Source of the DNA: Candidatus Latescibacterota bacterium
GTDB lineage: Bacteria > Latescibacterota > UBA2968 > UBA8231
Direction of reading: 5' to 3'
NCBI GenBank assembly: GCA_965204725.1
Contig: OZ242005.1
Span: 1,824,001-1,888,000, forward strand
Length of the DNA stretch: 64,000 nt
Shown piece by piece: positions 10,210 to 20,519 of the stretch (within the stretch, counting starts at the first letter, position 1; each line of letters opens with the position of its first letter). The position numbers and the translations under genes were made by a program. The notes beneath the pieces are model-generated. The model was not told the origin of the DNA, did no database searches, and saw nothing but the letters and a program-made list of their open reading frames with translations.

Positions 10210-11100
10210 ATGGCAGAAACAATCGGCTTTGTCGGCGTCGGGCGCATGGGGTCCAACATGGCCCGCCACCTCGCGGACCAAGGCTTCACCATCTCGGCGG
10301 TGTTCGACGCCCATGCCGAAGCGGCCCAAGCACTAGCCCAAGAGCTTGGCTGCGCCGCCCCCCAAACCCTAGCCGAGGTTACGGCCCAATCGGACGTGGT
10401 CATCACCGTGGTGACCGACGACGCAGCCATGCGCTCCATCTTCGCTACTTCCGGCGACTCCCTGCTCACCGCGGCCGAGGGGACGACCTTTATCAACTGC
10501 GCCACCATCTCGCCGGCCGTCCACGTAGAAGTCGAAGAGCGCGCCGGAGCAGTCGGTGCCGCCTCGCTCGAAGGCTGCATGGCCTCTAGTATCACCCAAG
10601 CCCGCGAGGGCACCCTATACTTAATGTGTGGCGGCCAGCGCAGCGTCTTCGACCAAGTGCAGCCCATCCTCAACGCCCTGAGCGTTGACTTGCAGTACAT
10701 CGGCCCGGCCGGCCAAGCGGCCCAAGTCAAGGCCCTCGTCAACATGGTCATGAACATCAACACCGCCGGGCTAGCCGAGGGATTGGGGCTAGGGCAAGCC
10801 CTCGGGCTGGACCTAGCCATGCTGATGAAGGTCTTTTCTCAGACCGGCGCGAACTCGCGGGTGCTGGAAACCGACGGCGAGGACATGACCATCCGCGACC
10901 ACGAGTGCTATTTCTCCGCCGACCACGCGGCCAAAGATTCCGGCATCGCCCTCGAACTGGCGCGACAGGCCGGGCTTAGCCTGCCGCTGGCGCGAGCGAC
11001 CAAGGAGCAGTACGAGAAAATGAAAGCACTGGGCTTGGGCGACCTCGACAAATCGGGCGTGGCCGAGCTGACCTTTCCCGGTCGCAAGGGCACGGCCTAG
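10210..11100 (+). CDS. 3-hydroxyisobutyrate dehydrogenase family NAD(P)-dependent oxidoreductase
   Basis: IGFVGVGRMG, KALVN, KDSGIA; AGGAGG RBS. Confidence 0.9.
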   Translation: MAETIGFVGVGRMGSNMARHLADQGFTISAVFDAHAEAAQALAQELGCAAPQTLAEVTAQSDVVITVVTDDAAMRSIFATSGDSLLTAAEGTTFINCATISPAVHVEVEERAGAVGAASLEGCMASSITQAREGTLYLMCGGQRSVFDQVQPILNALSVDLQYIGPAGQAAQVKALVNMVMNINTAGLAEGLGLGQALGLDLAMLMKVFSQTGANSRVLETDGEDMTIRDHECYFSADHAAKDSGIALELARQAGLSLPLARATKEQYEKMKALGLGDLDKSGVAELTFPGRKGTA

Positions 11101-11110
11101 CAGCCGCTTT

Positions 11111-11144
11111 GCGAGGGGCAGGTCGCCGCGGGCCTGCTCCTCGC
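11111..11144. terminator. Hairpin between convergent genes
   Basis: gcgaggggcagg / cctgctcctcgc stem; no clear U-tract. Confidence 0.5.
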
Positions 11145-11147
11145 CCG

Positions 11148-12155
11148 CTAGATTCGCCCGTGTCGGATGTCCACCATCCGCTCGGTCAGTTCAAACCGCA
11201 GCGCGTCCCCCGTAAAAAACCGCACGAATTCATCGACCATCACCGAGAAATAGCGGCCAAACGTCTCGGGCGCATACCAAGCGATATGGGGGCTGACAAA
11301 GACGTTGGGCAGATGGCGCAGGCGGCTGTCTTTGGGCAGCGGCTCGGGGTCGAAAACATCGAGTCCGGCGATGAGCTCGCCCCGGGCGAGCCGCTGCGTC
11401 AGTTCCTCGTAATCCACGACCGGCCCGCGACAGCAATTGATCAGGATGCGGCCGCGGCCCAACAAATCAAGCACCCGCGCATCGATCATTTTTTCGGTCT
11501 TGGGCGTGTGCGGCACTTGGACGACGAGGATGTCGGCGTGTTGCACCACCTCGTCGAGCGAGCCGCGCACAATGCCCAAGTCAGCGGCCACTTCCGCAGG
11601 CAAATACGGGTCGGCCACGCGCAGGTCCACCCGAAAGGGGCCGAGTAATTCGACCAACCGCTGTCCCACGTGCCCGCACCCGACCAACCCGACCTTCTTG
11701 CCGGTCAATTCGCCGTGGACAAAATCGTCGTTGCCCGCCCGCGCCCACTGTTCCTCCCCCGCCATCATAAGCCGATAGACCCCGGCCCCATTGCGCAGGC
11801 ACAAGAGCATCAGGGCCAAGTCCCACTCGGCCACCGGCGCGGCCGAAGCAATGTTGTCGGTATCTACGGCTAGCACCCCGCATTCCCGAGCGGCTACCAA
11901 GTCAATCCCCGTGCCAAAGCGATCGCCGCTGACGCCAGCGATCCGCAAGTCAGGTGCCCCTACAAACACAGCCCGCGTCAGCTCAGGCAACCGCCCCCCC
12001 AGACGGATCACGCCTTCGCAACCAGCCAACGCCTCAATAAGACCCTGCTCAGACAGCGATTCGGTCGTCTCAACGACCTCAACCACTTCCCCTAGACGCC
12101 CCAAATCCTCCGGCCTCGCATACCCAGACGGATCCACCAACACCTTAGACTTCAC
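11148..12155 (-). CDS. D-2-hydroxyacid dehydrogenase family protein
   Basis: VGLVGCGHVG, INCCRG, LDVFDPEP, SPHIA; GTG start at 12155 behind GGAGG. Confidence 0.9.
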   Translation of the reverse strand: MKSKVLVDPSGYARPEDLGRLGEVVEVVETTESLSEQGLIEALAGCEGVIRLGGRLPELTRAVFVGAPDLRIAGVSGDRFGTGIDLVAARECGVLAVDTDNIASAAPVAEWDLALMLLCLRNGAGVYRLMMAGEEQWARAGNDDFVHGELTGKKVGLVGCGHVGQRLVELLGPFRVDLRVADPYLPAEVAADLGIVRGSLDEVVQHADILVVQVPHTPKTEKMIDARVLDLLGRGRILINCCRGPVVDYEELTQRLARGELIAGLDVFDPEPLPKDSRLRHLPNVFVSPHIAWYAPETFGRYFSVMVDEFVRFFTGDALRFELTERMVDIRHGRI

Positions 12156-12169
12156 CCCCCACCTCCCAT

Positions 12170-12204
12170 CTTGTGTCTTTTGTGCCTCTTGTGCCTTTTG
12201 TGGC
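12170..12204. repeat. Short 9-bp-period tandem repeat (ttgtgYctY)
   Basis: cttgtgtcttttgtgcctcttgtgccttttgtggc in an intergenic gap. Confidence 0.7.
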
Positions 12205-12213
12205 CATCCCCCC

Positions 12214-13236
12214 TCATTCCCCCCGCCCCCCAAGCCATTCCACCGCAGCCTGCCGCCGCTCCTCCGGCGTCTGTGCGCTAGCCGGCAAGCGATACAATTC
12301 CCAAGCAATCGCGTGCGTCAAGGTCTCCCCCACCTGCAAATAGACCCAAGGACTCAACAGCTCTAGTTCCGTGTAATCCGGGCAGGTATAAACCTCCGCA
12401 CTCAGCCCCCCGTCCGGGTAGTGCTGCGTCGCATCGCGGCGAAAGAACTCGGCCATGACCACGTCGCCGACAATGCCGGCCAGCCAGCGATCCGAGTCGG
12501 CCCCGGTCTTCTGCGCCTCCACCGGATCGGGCACAAAAATGCCCAAGTCGCCCTCAATGGTAAAGTTGCCCCGGGCCGCGCTTTCGGCAAAGCCAAAGGG
12601 ATGATAGCGCTGCTCAAAGTGGCTGTGCGGATTGAGTGGATACAGGGTCTGTTCGGGCTGCTTGATCTGGGTGACGTTCCATATCGTGTAGCGCAGCGGC
12701 TCGACCTTAGCGTCGGCCAGCTTTTCGAGCCGCTGGTGAATTTCCACGCGCGTACCCCGCTCGGCCAAGCGGATCGCCCGCACGCTGCGCGCCCCGTTGT
12801 ACTCGCTCACCGGGCTGGTAATCACCACCCCCTCGGGCAACAACTCAGCCTCGTGTACCGCGCCGTCGAAAGCGTGGTCGGGCGGCCAAGCGTGCCCGTT
12901 GATTTCGACAAACTCGCTCTGCTGGTTGGGCCAGACCTTGTCGCCGCCGAAATTGGTCCACGTGTACTGGCCTTCCGCATCAACATTGGGTCGACCGTCG
13001 GGCAGCACTTGACCGTAGAGCGCCGGGTCGGACCAGAGGATGTTTTCGCCCCCGACGAATCCATAGTACATGATGCGACCGATGGCCGGCACCACGACTA
13101 CGCGCACCTCGGGATTTGCAATTTCAATCGAGTTTGCCCAGCCCTCGTATTCGATTTCCTCGACCGTGACTTGGGCCATAGCGGGCGCGGCCAGTGCCGT
13201 CAACATACCGCCCTGCAACCACTTCATTAACTTCAT
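12214..13236 (-). CDS. Secreted DUF4380/aldose-epimerase-like protein
   Basis: Signal peptide ending AMA; VVPAIGRIM, NFGGDKVWP, YPDGG..EVY, ELELLSP. Confidence 0.7.
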   Translation of the reverse strand: MKLMKWLQGGMLTALAAPAMAQVTVEEIEYEGWANSIEIANPEVRVVVVPAIGRIMYYGFVGGENILWSDPALYGQVLPDGRPNVDAEGQYTWTNFGGDKVWPNQQSEFVEINGHAWPPDHAFDGAVHEAELLPEGVVITSPVSEYNGARSVRAIRLAERGTRVEIHQRLEKLADAKVEPLRYTIWNVTQIKQPEQTLYPLNPHSHFEQRYHPFGFAESAARGNFTIEGDLGIFVPDPVEAQKTGADSDRWLAGIVGDVVMAEFFRRDATQHYPDGGLSAEVYTCPDYTELELLSPWVYLQVGETLTHAIAWELYRLPASAQTPEERRQAAVEWLGGRGE

Positions 13237-13246
13237 TTTCTCCTCC

Positions 13247-14377
13247 TCATCTGAGTGCTGAGACGCCGCCGCCTTTAACCGCACGTGCCACTTCTTTCTC
13301 GACGTCGTCTCGCGTGACCATGGTGGTATCGCCGATGCACTCCTGGACCAAGATGCCGTGGGCGGCTCCCCACTGCACCGCGTCGGCGGCCCCTCGGCCG
13401 TCGAGCAGCGCTGCGATCACGCCCGAGGCAAAGGAATCGCCGCCGCCGGTGCGATCGGCGATTTCGATGTTTTCGCGCACGGCCGCCTCGTAGATTCTGC
13501 CCTCCTCGACATCGAAGAGCACCGCGCCCCAGTTGATGCGATCGGCCGTCAGCGCCCCGCGCAACTGCGTGCCGATGTACTTGAGGTTTGGATAGTCGTT
13601 GGCGACTTGGTGCAGCATCTGGGTATAGATCGCCAACCACTGATCAAAGCCGGCGTCCTTGGGCACCTTTTCGGTTTCGTAGCCCAGCGCGTCGTCAAAG
13701 TCGTCTTGGTTGCCGACGAGGAACTCGACATGCGGCACAATAGCGCGATTGATCTGGCGGGCGCGCTCCTTGTTCGGCTCCACCTTGGAGCGGTAGTTGA
13801 GATCAAAGGAGCGACCAACGCCGTGCTCGCCGGCCCTCTGCATGGCTTCTAGCGCCAGTGCGGCCGTCTTTTCCGAGAGCAAGGTGTAAATCCCGCCGGT
13901 GCTAAACCACCGCGTTCCCAACGCGCCGAAAAGGTGGTCCCAGTCCACATCGCCCGGCCCGATCGCGCGCACCGGAGTATGGGCGCGATAGTATTCGGTC
14001 ACCGAAGGCAAAACGCCCTTGCCGGCCCAAGTGAAGTTGATCCCATTGTGCAAGGTCCCCTTGGCGTCGGTGCTGAATGGGCCGTTGCCGCTGTTGTCAA
14101 ACCAGATGATATGCTTGGTGTCTAGCCCGGCTTCGCGCAGTTGGTTTTCGATGTTGCGGCCCACCCCGTCGTCAACAAGAGCCGTGATAACGGCCGCTCG
14201 CAAGCCGAAGCAGTAGCTCAAGCCCTCGGCGACATTGGTCTCGCCGCCCCCGTGCCAGATCCGGGCGGTGTGCGCCCGGGCCGTGGGCACCGAGCCGGGA
14301 TCGACGCGCATGAGGACTTCGCCCAAGGCGATGGCGTCGTAGTGGGTTTGATCGGCTGATTTGAGTTGGATGCCCAT
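13247..14377 (-). CDS. PfkB family sugar kinase (2-keto-3-deoxygluconate kinase-like)
   Basis: LGEVLMR, GGGETNVA, FDLNYR, DRTGGGDSFASG. Confidence 0.9.
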   Translation of the reverse strand: MGIQLKSADQTHYDAIALGEVLMRVDPGSVPTARAHTARIWHGGGETNVAEGLSYCFGLRAAVITALVDDGVGRNIENQLREAGLDTKHIIWFDNSGNGPFSTDAKGTLHNGINFTWAGKGVLPSVTEYYRAHTPVRAIGPGDVDWDHLFGALGTRWFSTGGIYTLLSEKTAALALEAMQRAGEHGVGRSFDLNYRSKVEPNKERARQINRAIVPHVEFLVGNQDDFDDALGYETEKVPKDAGFDQWLAIYTQMLHQVANDYPNLKYIGTQLRGALTADRINWGAVLFDVEEGRIYEAAVRENIEIADRTGGGDSFASGVIAALLDGRGAADAVQWGAAHGILVQECIGDTTMVTRDDVEKEVARAVKGGGVSALR

Positions 14378-14626
14378 GTACCTTCTTCCTCCTTAGTGTA
14401 GTTGACGTTATGGTAGGTTGCCCAACGCACAGAGCCGTTCGACAAAGTAACGGGCACTGGGGCACTGGTCGTGTCGGGCCGCTCGTCTGACATCAACTGC
14501 TCTGTTTTGCTCTAAGCGACACAATACAGGCACCACTTCGATCTTCAATCTGCGAATGGTCTTCGCGGTCATAGCGACACCCGCACTCGGCTGTTTTCCG
14601 CCCCGACGATGCCGATGGTCAGCACC

Positions 14627-15451
14627 TTATGCCTCGCCAAACGGCCACAGCTTCAACACCGTCTTGCCCAGCACCCACTCCAGATCGTCCGGCGCGATGA
14701 ACTTCATCTCGTCGCGCACCACCGTCAGGGGCTGAGCGTATTCGGCCTTCGACAAGCACACCGGCCAATCCGTGCCCCACATAATGCGCTGCGGCCCGAA
14801 GGTCTGATACACCTCTTCGACCATCTCGTGCGTATCGGCCCAAGGATAGCTCTGCTTAGAAAGCGACCAAGTGTGGCTAATTTTGACATACACGCGGGGA
14901 TACCGGGCCATATCCATCAGCCAGCGCCGCTCCTGCGGGTTGTCGGGGTGGGCGCTGGCCATGTGGTCGATACAGCAATCCACCTGTGGGTAGCGGTCGA
15001 GAATCCGCGCCAAATCGGGCATCCGGCTCGACCCGGTCAGGATCAACATCGGGATCCCCAACTCCTCGGCGCGGGCGAAAATCGGGTCCATCCCCGGCCC
15101 CTTGAACCAATCGCCCCGCTCATCCTGTGACGGCGAGAGCCGCATCCCGTGCAGGCCGTGTTCCTCCGTCCACATCGAGATATGGTCGGGAGCGGCCGGG
15201 TCTTCGGGATTGATGCGTCCCACCGCCATGAAGCGGTCGGGATATTGCTTGATGACGTGGGCGACATAGCTGTTGTCCCAGCGGTAATGGATGACCTGCA
15301 CCAGCACGGTCTTTTCCACGCCGTTGGCGTCCATCAGCGCCAGCAGGTCTTCGGCGGTGTGGTCTTCGGCGGGCGGATTGGGGTTTTCCGCCGGCCAAGG
15401 AAAGGCCGGATCGTTGGTCCATACGTGGACATGAGGGTCGATAACGCGCAT
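14627..15451 (-). CDS. Amidohydrolase family (lactonase-like) protein
   Basis: IDPHVHVW, IDHM, VKIS, RIMWGTDWP. Confidence 0.9.
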   Translation of the reverse strand: MRVIDPHVHVWTNDPAFPWPAENPNPPAEDHTAEDLLALMDANGVEKTVLVQVIHYRWDNSYVAHVIKQYPDRFMAVGRINPEDPAAPDHISMWTEEHGLHGMRLSPSQDERGDWFKGPGMDPIFARAEELGIPMLILTGSSRMPDLARILDRYPQVDCCIDHMASAHPDNPQERRWLMDMARYPRVYVKISHTWSLSKQSYPWADTHEMVEEVYQTFGPQRIMWGTDWPVCLSKAEYAQPLTVVRDEMKFIAPDDLEWVLGKTVLKLWPFGEA

Positions 15452-15578
15452 TGGGCGTCCTTTCTGCGAAGGGTTGGCGATAACATGCGAAAAAAGGGGC
15501 CGTCCGTCCAGCGACGCGCCGCTTGCGAGGCGGCGGCCGGCCGCCTAGATTGACCGGCACCTTTCCTCCCTTCGCACT

Positions 15579-17168
15579 GTGGCCCACAGGAGCTTTGCTT
15601 TGTTCGACTTGACCATCCACAACGGCACCCTCATCGACGGCACCCGCGCCAACCGCTACCCCGCAGACATTGGCCTGCGCGCCGACCGCATCGCCGCGAT
15701 TGGCGACCTCGGCAACGCCGAATCCCAGCACCGCATTGACGCCCGCGGCAAAATCGTGGCCCCGGGCTTTGTCGATGTCCACAACCACTCCGACGGCTGG
15801 CTCTTGCAGCAGCCCAATTTCCGCCCCAAGACCCTCCAAGGCTTTACCACCGAAGTCCTCATGGCCGACGGAATTTCCTACGCCCCGCTCGACGCGGCCA
15901 CCCGCGCCCACTGGCTCTACTACATGCGCGCCCTCAACGGCCTGATGCAACATCACTACTCCGGCTGGGAGAGCCTCGCCGAATACATGCAGCTTCTCGA
16001 CGGCCGCACCGCGCAAAACACCATCACCCACCTCCCCTACGCCCACCTACGGGCCTCGGCCTGCGGCTGGAGCCGCTGCGTCCCCGACGACGTGCAGATG
16101 GAAGAGATACTCGCCGGGGTCGAGCGCGGCATGGCCGAAGGCGCGGTCGGTCTTTCGACCGGACTCGACTACATCGCCGAGTGCTTTGCCACCACCGACG
16201 AACTCGTCGAAGCCTGCACCGCAATGGCCGCGCAACAGGGCCTGTACGCCACCCACGTGCGCTACAAAAAGGGCACTCTCGCCGGGGTGCAGGAGGCCGT
16301 CGAAATCGGCCGCCGCGCCCAAGTCCCGGTACACATTTCCCACTTCAAGGGCACCTCGCCCCAGCAAATCGACGCCCTGCTGTCGTACGTAGATCAAGTC
16401 GCGGTCCACGAGGTGGATTTCAGCTTCGACGTGTACCCGTATCTGCCCGGTTCGACCATGCTCAACTTCATGTTGCCCTATGAGGTGTGGGAGGACGGCC
16501 CGCTGGGGGCCTTGCCCAAGCTCAACGGTCCCGCGCTCCGCCGCCGCTTTGCCCGCGTCCTCGACCGCTACGTCAACCCCCTCGACCAAATGACCATTGC
16601 GTGGCTGCCCGGGCGCGACAACGCCCGCTTTATCGGCCGCACCCTAGCCGAATACGTCCAACAGGCCGACGCCCCGCCGGCCGACGCGCTTTGCGACCTG
16701 CTCATCGAGGAAAACTTGGCGGTCCTCCTCGTGTTCCACCACGGCGACGATGCCTTGGTGCATCCCTTTCTGGCGCACGAAAAATACATGATGGGCAGCG
16801 ATGGGATTTACTTCCCCGACGGGGCGGTCCACCCGCGCGTGTACGGCTCGGCGGCCCGCCTGCTCGGGCCTTGCGTCCGCGACCACCAGCTCTTCTCGCT
16901 CGAAGACGCCGTCCGCAAGCTGAGCGCGTATCCAGCCGCGCGCTTCGGCCTAGCCCAACGGGGGCAAATCGCCGAGGGCTTCTACGCGGACTTGGTCGTC
17001 TTTGACGCGGCGACCATTGCGGACCGCGCCACCTACCAAGACCCCCATCAGCACTCGGTCGGCGTCGAGCACGTCCTCGTCAACGGGGTTCCCATCGTCC
17101 GCAACGGATGCGCGGTCGAGGGCTTGGGGCCGCGCTGGCCGGGCCGCTATCTCAAGTTCAGGGCCTGA
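15579..17168 (+). CDS. N-acyl-D-amino-acid deacylase (D-aminoacylase)
   Basis: APGFVDVHNHSD, GLSTGLDY, HISHFK, GSDG, HPRVYGS, ADLVVFD. Confidence 0.9.
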   Translation: MAHRSFALFDLTIHNGTLIDGTRANRYPADIGLRADRIAAIGDLGNAESQHRIDARGKIVAPGFVDVHNHSDGWLLQQPNFRPKTLQGFTTEVLMADGISYAPLDAATRAHWLYYMRALNGLMQHHYSGWESLAEYMQLLDGRTAQNTITHLPYAHLRASACGWSRCVPDDVQMEEILAGVERGMAEGAVGLSTGLDYIAECFATTDELVEACTAMAAQQGLYATHVRYKKGTLAGVQEAVEIGRRAQVPVHISHFKGTSPQQIDALLSYVDQVAVHEVDFSFDVYPYLPGSTMLNFMLPYEVWEDGPLGALPKLNGPALRRRFARVLDRYVNPLDQMTIAWLPGRDNARFIGRTLAEYVQQADAPPADALCDLLIEENLAVLLVFHHGDDALVHPFLAHEKYMMGSDGIYFPDGAVHPRVYGSAARLLGPCVRDHQLFSLEDAVRKLSAYPAARFGLAQRGQIAEGFYADLVVFDAATIADRATYQDPHQHSVGVEHVLVNGVPIVRNGCAVEGLGPRWPGRYLKFRA

Positions 17169-17172
17169 CCTG

Positions 17173-17538
17173 TTAGTACTCGCTCATCGGCCCGCCGTTC
17201 CAACATTCGGCCGTCTCGCCTTGGGGGTTGAGGAGCGTGGCCGAGCGCGTGTCCAGCTTGACCCACACCGTCTTACCCACATAGAGCCAACACCAAGAGC
17301 AATGCGCTTTGGGATCGAGCAACCAGACGGCCCCGTCCGGCAACCGCACCAACAAAAGCCCCTCGGCAAAGCGGCGCATCAGGCGCGCCTCCACATAGCC
17401 GCCGGTCGCCAAAAGCTGGGTTGCTTGGGGCGAGGGTGCCGGCGCTGGGACCGGCGCGGCGACCAGCGCGCATCCTCCGGCCAACAAGGCGCAGACGACC
17501 GCCCCGCGCACCCTCCATTTTGTCGGCGGGCGCGGCAT
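17173..17538 (-). CDS. Hypothetical (lipo)protein
   Basis: Hydrophobic N-terminus with LAGGC; ATG overlaps the upstream stop (TGATG). Confidence 0.6.
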   Translation of the reverse strand: MPRPPTKWRVRGAVVCALLAGGCALVAAPVPAPAPSPQATQLLATGGYVEARLMRRFAEGLLLVRLPDGAVWLLDPKAHCSWCWLYVGKTVWVKLDTRSATLLNPQGETAECWNGGPMSEY

Positions 17539-19586
17539 CACGGCTGCAAGAACCAATAGTGAAACGAAACAACCGGCCGCAAAGCGCCGCCAAAGTGCTG
17601 CGGCTGCGTCTCAATCTCGACGCGGCCGCTGACCTCCGAGGCCGCTATTTGACCGACGACCCGTTCGAGCCACTGGCGGCCCGGCCCGCCCGGCAGCTCC
17701 ACCGTGGCAATTTTCTTACCATTCGCTAGCACGGCAAAGTGCTGGGCAATGCCCGTAACCGTGCGCATGACGACCGCGGCCGGTTGGCCCGCGTTCAGCC
17801 TCACCTCCATCCGCTCGCCGCCCGTTACCGTCCGCCCCCCGTCCATGTATAACGCTTGGGGATCGTCGGCCGCGCTCAGCACCAGCAGCAAATTCGCCTC
17901 CCCGCTGCCGGGCACTCGCACCTTGGATTGGTAGCCGTGTCGGCGTTCGCTGTCCAGATCGGCCACATCCACTTTATCGACCACCCGCCAGCCCTCCGCT
18001 AAGAGCGTTGGGTTGCGGATGGCTTCGCCGCTGAGGTCGGCGGCCCAACGCGCCTGATACAACACCTTCTCCGCATCGATGATCGACGGCTCAAAGACGC
18101 GAATGCGGTGCAGCGGCTGCAAAAAGAGGCCCTCGGGAAAGTTGAACCAATTGGGGAAAATGGCGAAGTACTGGGGGCGCTGGTCCGGCGGCATGGCTTC
18201 GAGCCGCTCGAATAGTGACCCGCTCCCGTGCCGCCACGACGCGCTGGTCCCGGCCGTGGTCAACCCGACTAAATCGACGGTTGGGCGGCGACCTAAGTAG
18301 CGCAGGGCACCGGCGTCGTTGACGGCGATGCGGGCGGCGGGCGGTAACTCGGCGTCTATAAAGTGCGCCATCTCGACCTGCTGGTTGCGGATATCGCTGC
18401 AATTTTCCCCGTACGCAACTGCGAAAAACCCCACCGACATCAACCCCCACAAGCCGAAAAAGCAAGCCAAGCCCCGCGCCAGCTTGCTGCTCCACGCCTC
18501 CCCAACCGCCTCCAAGCGCCCCAAGCCCAAGGCGACAAAGAGAATGTAGAGCGGCAAGAAGGGCTGTTGGTAGCGGTTGAAGTGGGCGTCGTACTCGACG
18601 AGGGTGCAGGTGAGTAGGACGCCGCCGACAAACCACGCCCCGCCCAATGCCGCCACCCCGAGCTGCCTCTCGGCCAGCTCGCTCCAGAGCCGATTGCTTA
18701 ACTCGACCACAAAAACGAGCGCGACAAACGGGGCAAACACCATGCGGCGATAGTTGCCGTCGTACGCGTATAGATTGGCGCTGGTCTGATGCCCCAGCGA
18801 CCCGGCGAGAATGCCCTTGACAAATTCGGCAAAGTCGAAAAAAACGGCGCGGATTTGCTCGGGCAGCGAGCCATGCGGCTCGGCAAAACGCCATTTGGCC
18901 TCGATCCCAGACGCCCCGGCCTGCCCCGTCCACCAAGCGAGCAGCAGCGCTTGCAGCGCGTACGCCCCCAACGGCACACTCCACTGCCAGTTCAAGGCCC
19001 GGCGATAGGCGACTAGCGCCAGCAGCAGCAAGACCAAGGCGATCCCCTCGGGCCGCGCCAACGCCAGCAAGGCCGCGGCCAGCGGAGTGCGCCGGTCTTC
19101 CGCTAGGCACAGATACAGGGTCAGCAAGATGGCAAAGGCAAAGAGTCCGATGGCCATGCCGCTGTAATAGCCCCATACCAGCGGGCCGCACGCCAAAAAC
19201 AGGATCGAGGCCACCCAGCCGCTGAACGGCCCACTCAATCTGCGGCCCAAGAGCAGCAGCAGCCGGGCACTCAACCCGAGCCATACAACCCCTAAAGCCA
19301 GCGCGTACAGGGCCATGTCCATCCCCTCCAGCCCCAGCCAAAAACCCGGAACTAGCAGCAGGGTGTACAGCAAACTCGTCGCGCCGGCCGTTGGCTCAGC
19401 GCCGGTATTGTATTCGAGGAAATGCCCCTCGGCCGCTTGCCGCGCGTACTGGAAATAGATGAAGGAATCGTCCAGCGGCAGGGCCAAGCGGCCGCCCGTG
19501 TGATAGAGCATGGAGGCCAAAAAAACCCCGAGCCACAAAAGCACCAAGCCCCAAAGGATGGCCTCCTCTCGTCGAATTGCGTTCAT
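17538..19586 (-). CDS. GT-C-type multi-pass membrane glycosyltransferase-like protein
   Basis: LDDSFIYFQYAR acidic loop after TM1, GATSLLY, ARPEG, NDAGA...DLVGL; many TM helices and a C-terminal extracytoplasmic domain. Confidence 0.7.
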   Translation of the reverse strand: MNAIRREEAILWGLVLLWLGVFLASMLYHTGGRLALPLDDSFIYFQYARQAAEGHFLEYNTGAEPTAGATSLLYTLLLVPGFWLGLEGMDMALYALALGVVWLGLSARLLLLLGRRLSGPFSGWVASILFLACGPLVWGYYSGMAIGLFAFAILLTLYLCLAEDRRTPLAAALLALARPEGIALVLLLLALVAYRRALNWQWSVPLGAYALQALLLAWWTGQAGASGIEAKWRFAEPHGSLPEQIRAVFFDFAEFVKGILAGSLGHQTSANLYAYDGNYRRMVFAPFVALVFVVELSNRLWSELAERQLGVAALGGAWFVGGVLLTCTLVEYDAHFNRYQQPFLPLYILFVALGLGRLEAVGEAWSSKLARGLACFFGLWGLMSVGFFAVAYGENCSDIRNQQVEMAHFIDAELPPAARIAVNDAGALRYLGRRPTVDLVGLTTAGTSASWRHGSGSLFERLEAMPPDQRPQYFAIFPNWFNFPEGLFLQPLHRIRVFEPSIIDAEKVLYQARWAADLSGEAIRNPTLLAEGWRVVDKVDVADLDSERRHGYQSKVRVPGSGEANLLLVLSAADDPQALYMDGGRTVTGGERMEVRLNAGQPAAVVMRTVTGIAQHFAVLANGKKIATVELPGGPGRQWLERVVGQIAASEVSGRVEIETQPQHFGGALRPVVSFHYWFLQP

Positions 19587-19698
19587 CGCCCAACCTATTC
19601 TCCCGTCCAATATGCTGCGTACCGTCCGGTAGCAAAATAGGGCCTCTCTTAAACTAAAAGAGAGACCCCGTTTCACGAACTTGCTGTGCGGTGGATCC

Positions 19699-19818
19699 TT
19701 ATTTGAGCAGCATCTTGACCGCGTGGAACGCGCCGCCAGCCCAACTCGACGCCAAGCTAACGGCGAGTAGCCAAAAGCCGCCGGAAAAAAGCCGCGCGGA
19801 TGTCTTTACTGATTTCAT
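19699..19818 (-). CDS. Putative 39-aa hydrophobic peptide (not in ORF track)
   Basis: Reads MKSVKTSARLFSGGFWLLAVSLASSWAGGAFHAVKMLLK*. Confidence 0.35.
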   Translation of the reverse strand: MKSVKTSARLFSGGFWLLAVSLASSWAGGAFHAVKMLLK

Positions 19819-19896
19819 TGTTTTGCATCTTATTGGTTGGAAAAGGAAAAATAAGTTCCATCATTGATTTCAACTCCCCTTTTGCGAGAAAACGAA

Positions 19897-20397
19897 TCAA
19901 CTCCCTCTCGACAACACGTTAAATAAAAAGACAGCGGCGGCTATGATCAGCCCGGTCCACGTCAACTGAACCCCGATTAACCAGCGAAAACCTTTATCAA
20001 GGCGATCATTGACAGCATCGATGCGGTGGTTGGTTTCCTCACGGGCGGCGTCGATGCGATGGTTGGTTTCCTCACGGGCGGCGTCAATGCGGCGATTGGT
20101 TTCGTCGTGGCGGCGATTGGTTTCCTCACGGACAGCATCGATGCAGCGGTTGGTTTCGTCGTGGCGGCGGTTGGTTTCCTCACGGACAGCGTCGATGCGG
20201 CGATTGGTCTCGTCGCGAGCGGCGTCGATGCGACGGTTGGTCTCGTCGCGAGCGGCTGTAATCTCTTGTCGCAGTTCTTCAAGGCTGCGATCCACGGCAT
20301 CAAAACGCTTATCCAACTGTTTGGCGACCTCTTCCAGCCGCCCCACGCGGTGGTCCAAATCGCGGTCTTGATCTTGATCTAGCGTCGGAACACTCAT
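19897..20397 (-). CDS. Membrane-anchored coiled-coil protein (DUF1640/CCDC90-like) with 11/7-residue repeats
   Basis: RVGRLE head, tandem AAR(D/E)ETN(R/H)RID repeats, C-terminal FRWLIG... TM helix; AGGAG RBS. Confidence 0.8.
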   Translation of the reverse strand: MSVPTLDQDQDRDLDHRVGRLEEVAKQLDKRFDAVDRSLEELRQEITAARDETNRRIDAARDETNRRIDAVREETNRRHDETNRCIDAVREETNRRHDETNRRIDAAREETNHRIDAAREETNHRIDAVNDRLDKGFRWLIGVQLTWTGLIIAAAVFLFNVLSRGS

Positions 20398-20519
20398 TGC
20401 CCAAACTCCTTTCTTGGGGTGTGATATGGGGTAAAGTCAATGATAGTGTATTATAGTATAATACATAGATCGCCCCAATAGCGTAGGCATCCTCCTCCTC
20501 CTAACCCACGGGAAAAACC

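Noticed and set aside
14378-14626. Possible riboswitch or ncRNA upstream of the PfkB kinase
   Set aside because: I recognised no conserved motif or strong stem by eye; an Rfam search would be needed.
20010-20255. CRISPR-like periodic repeats
   Set aside because: The repeats are contiguous, in-frame multiples of 3 with no unique spacers, and there are no cas genes; they are coding coiled-coil repeats.
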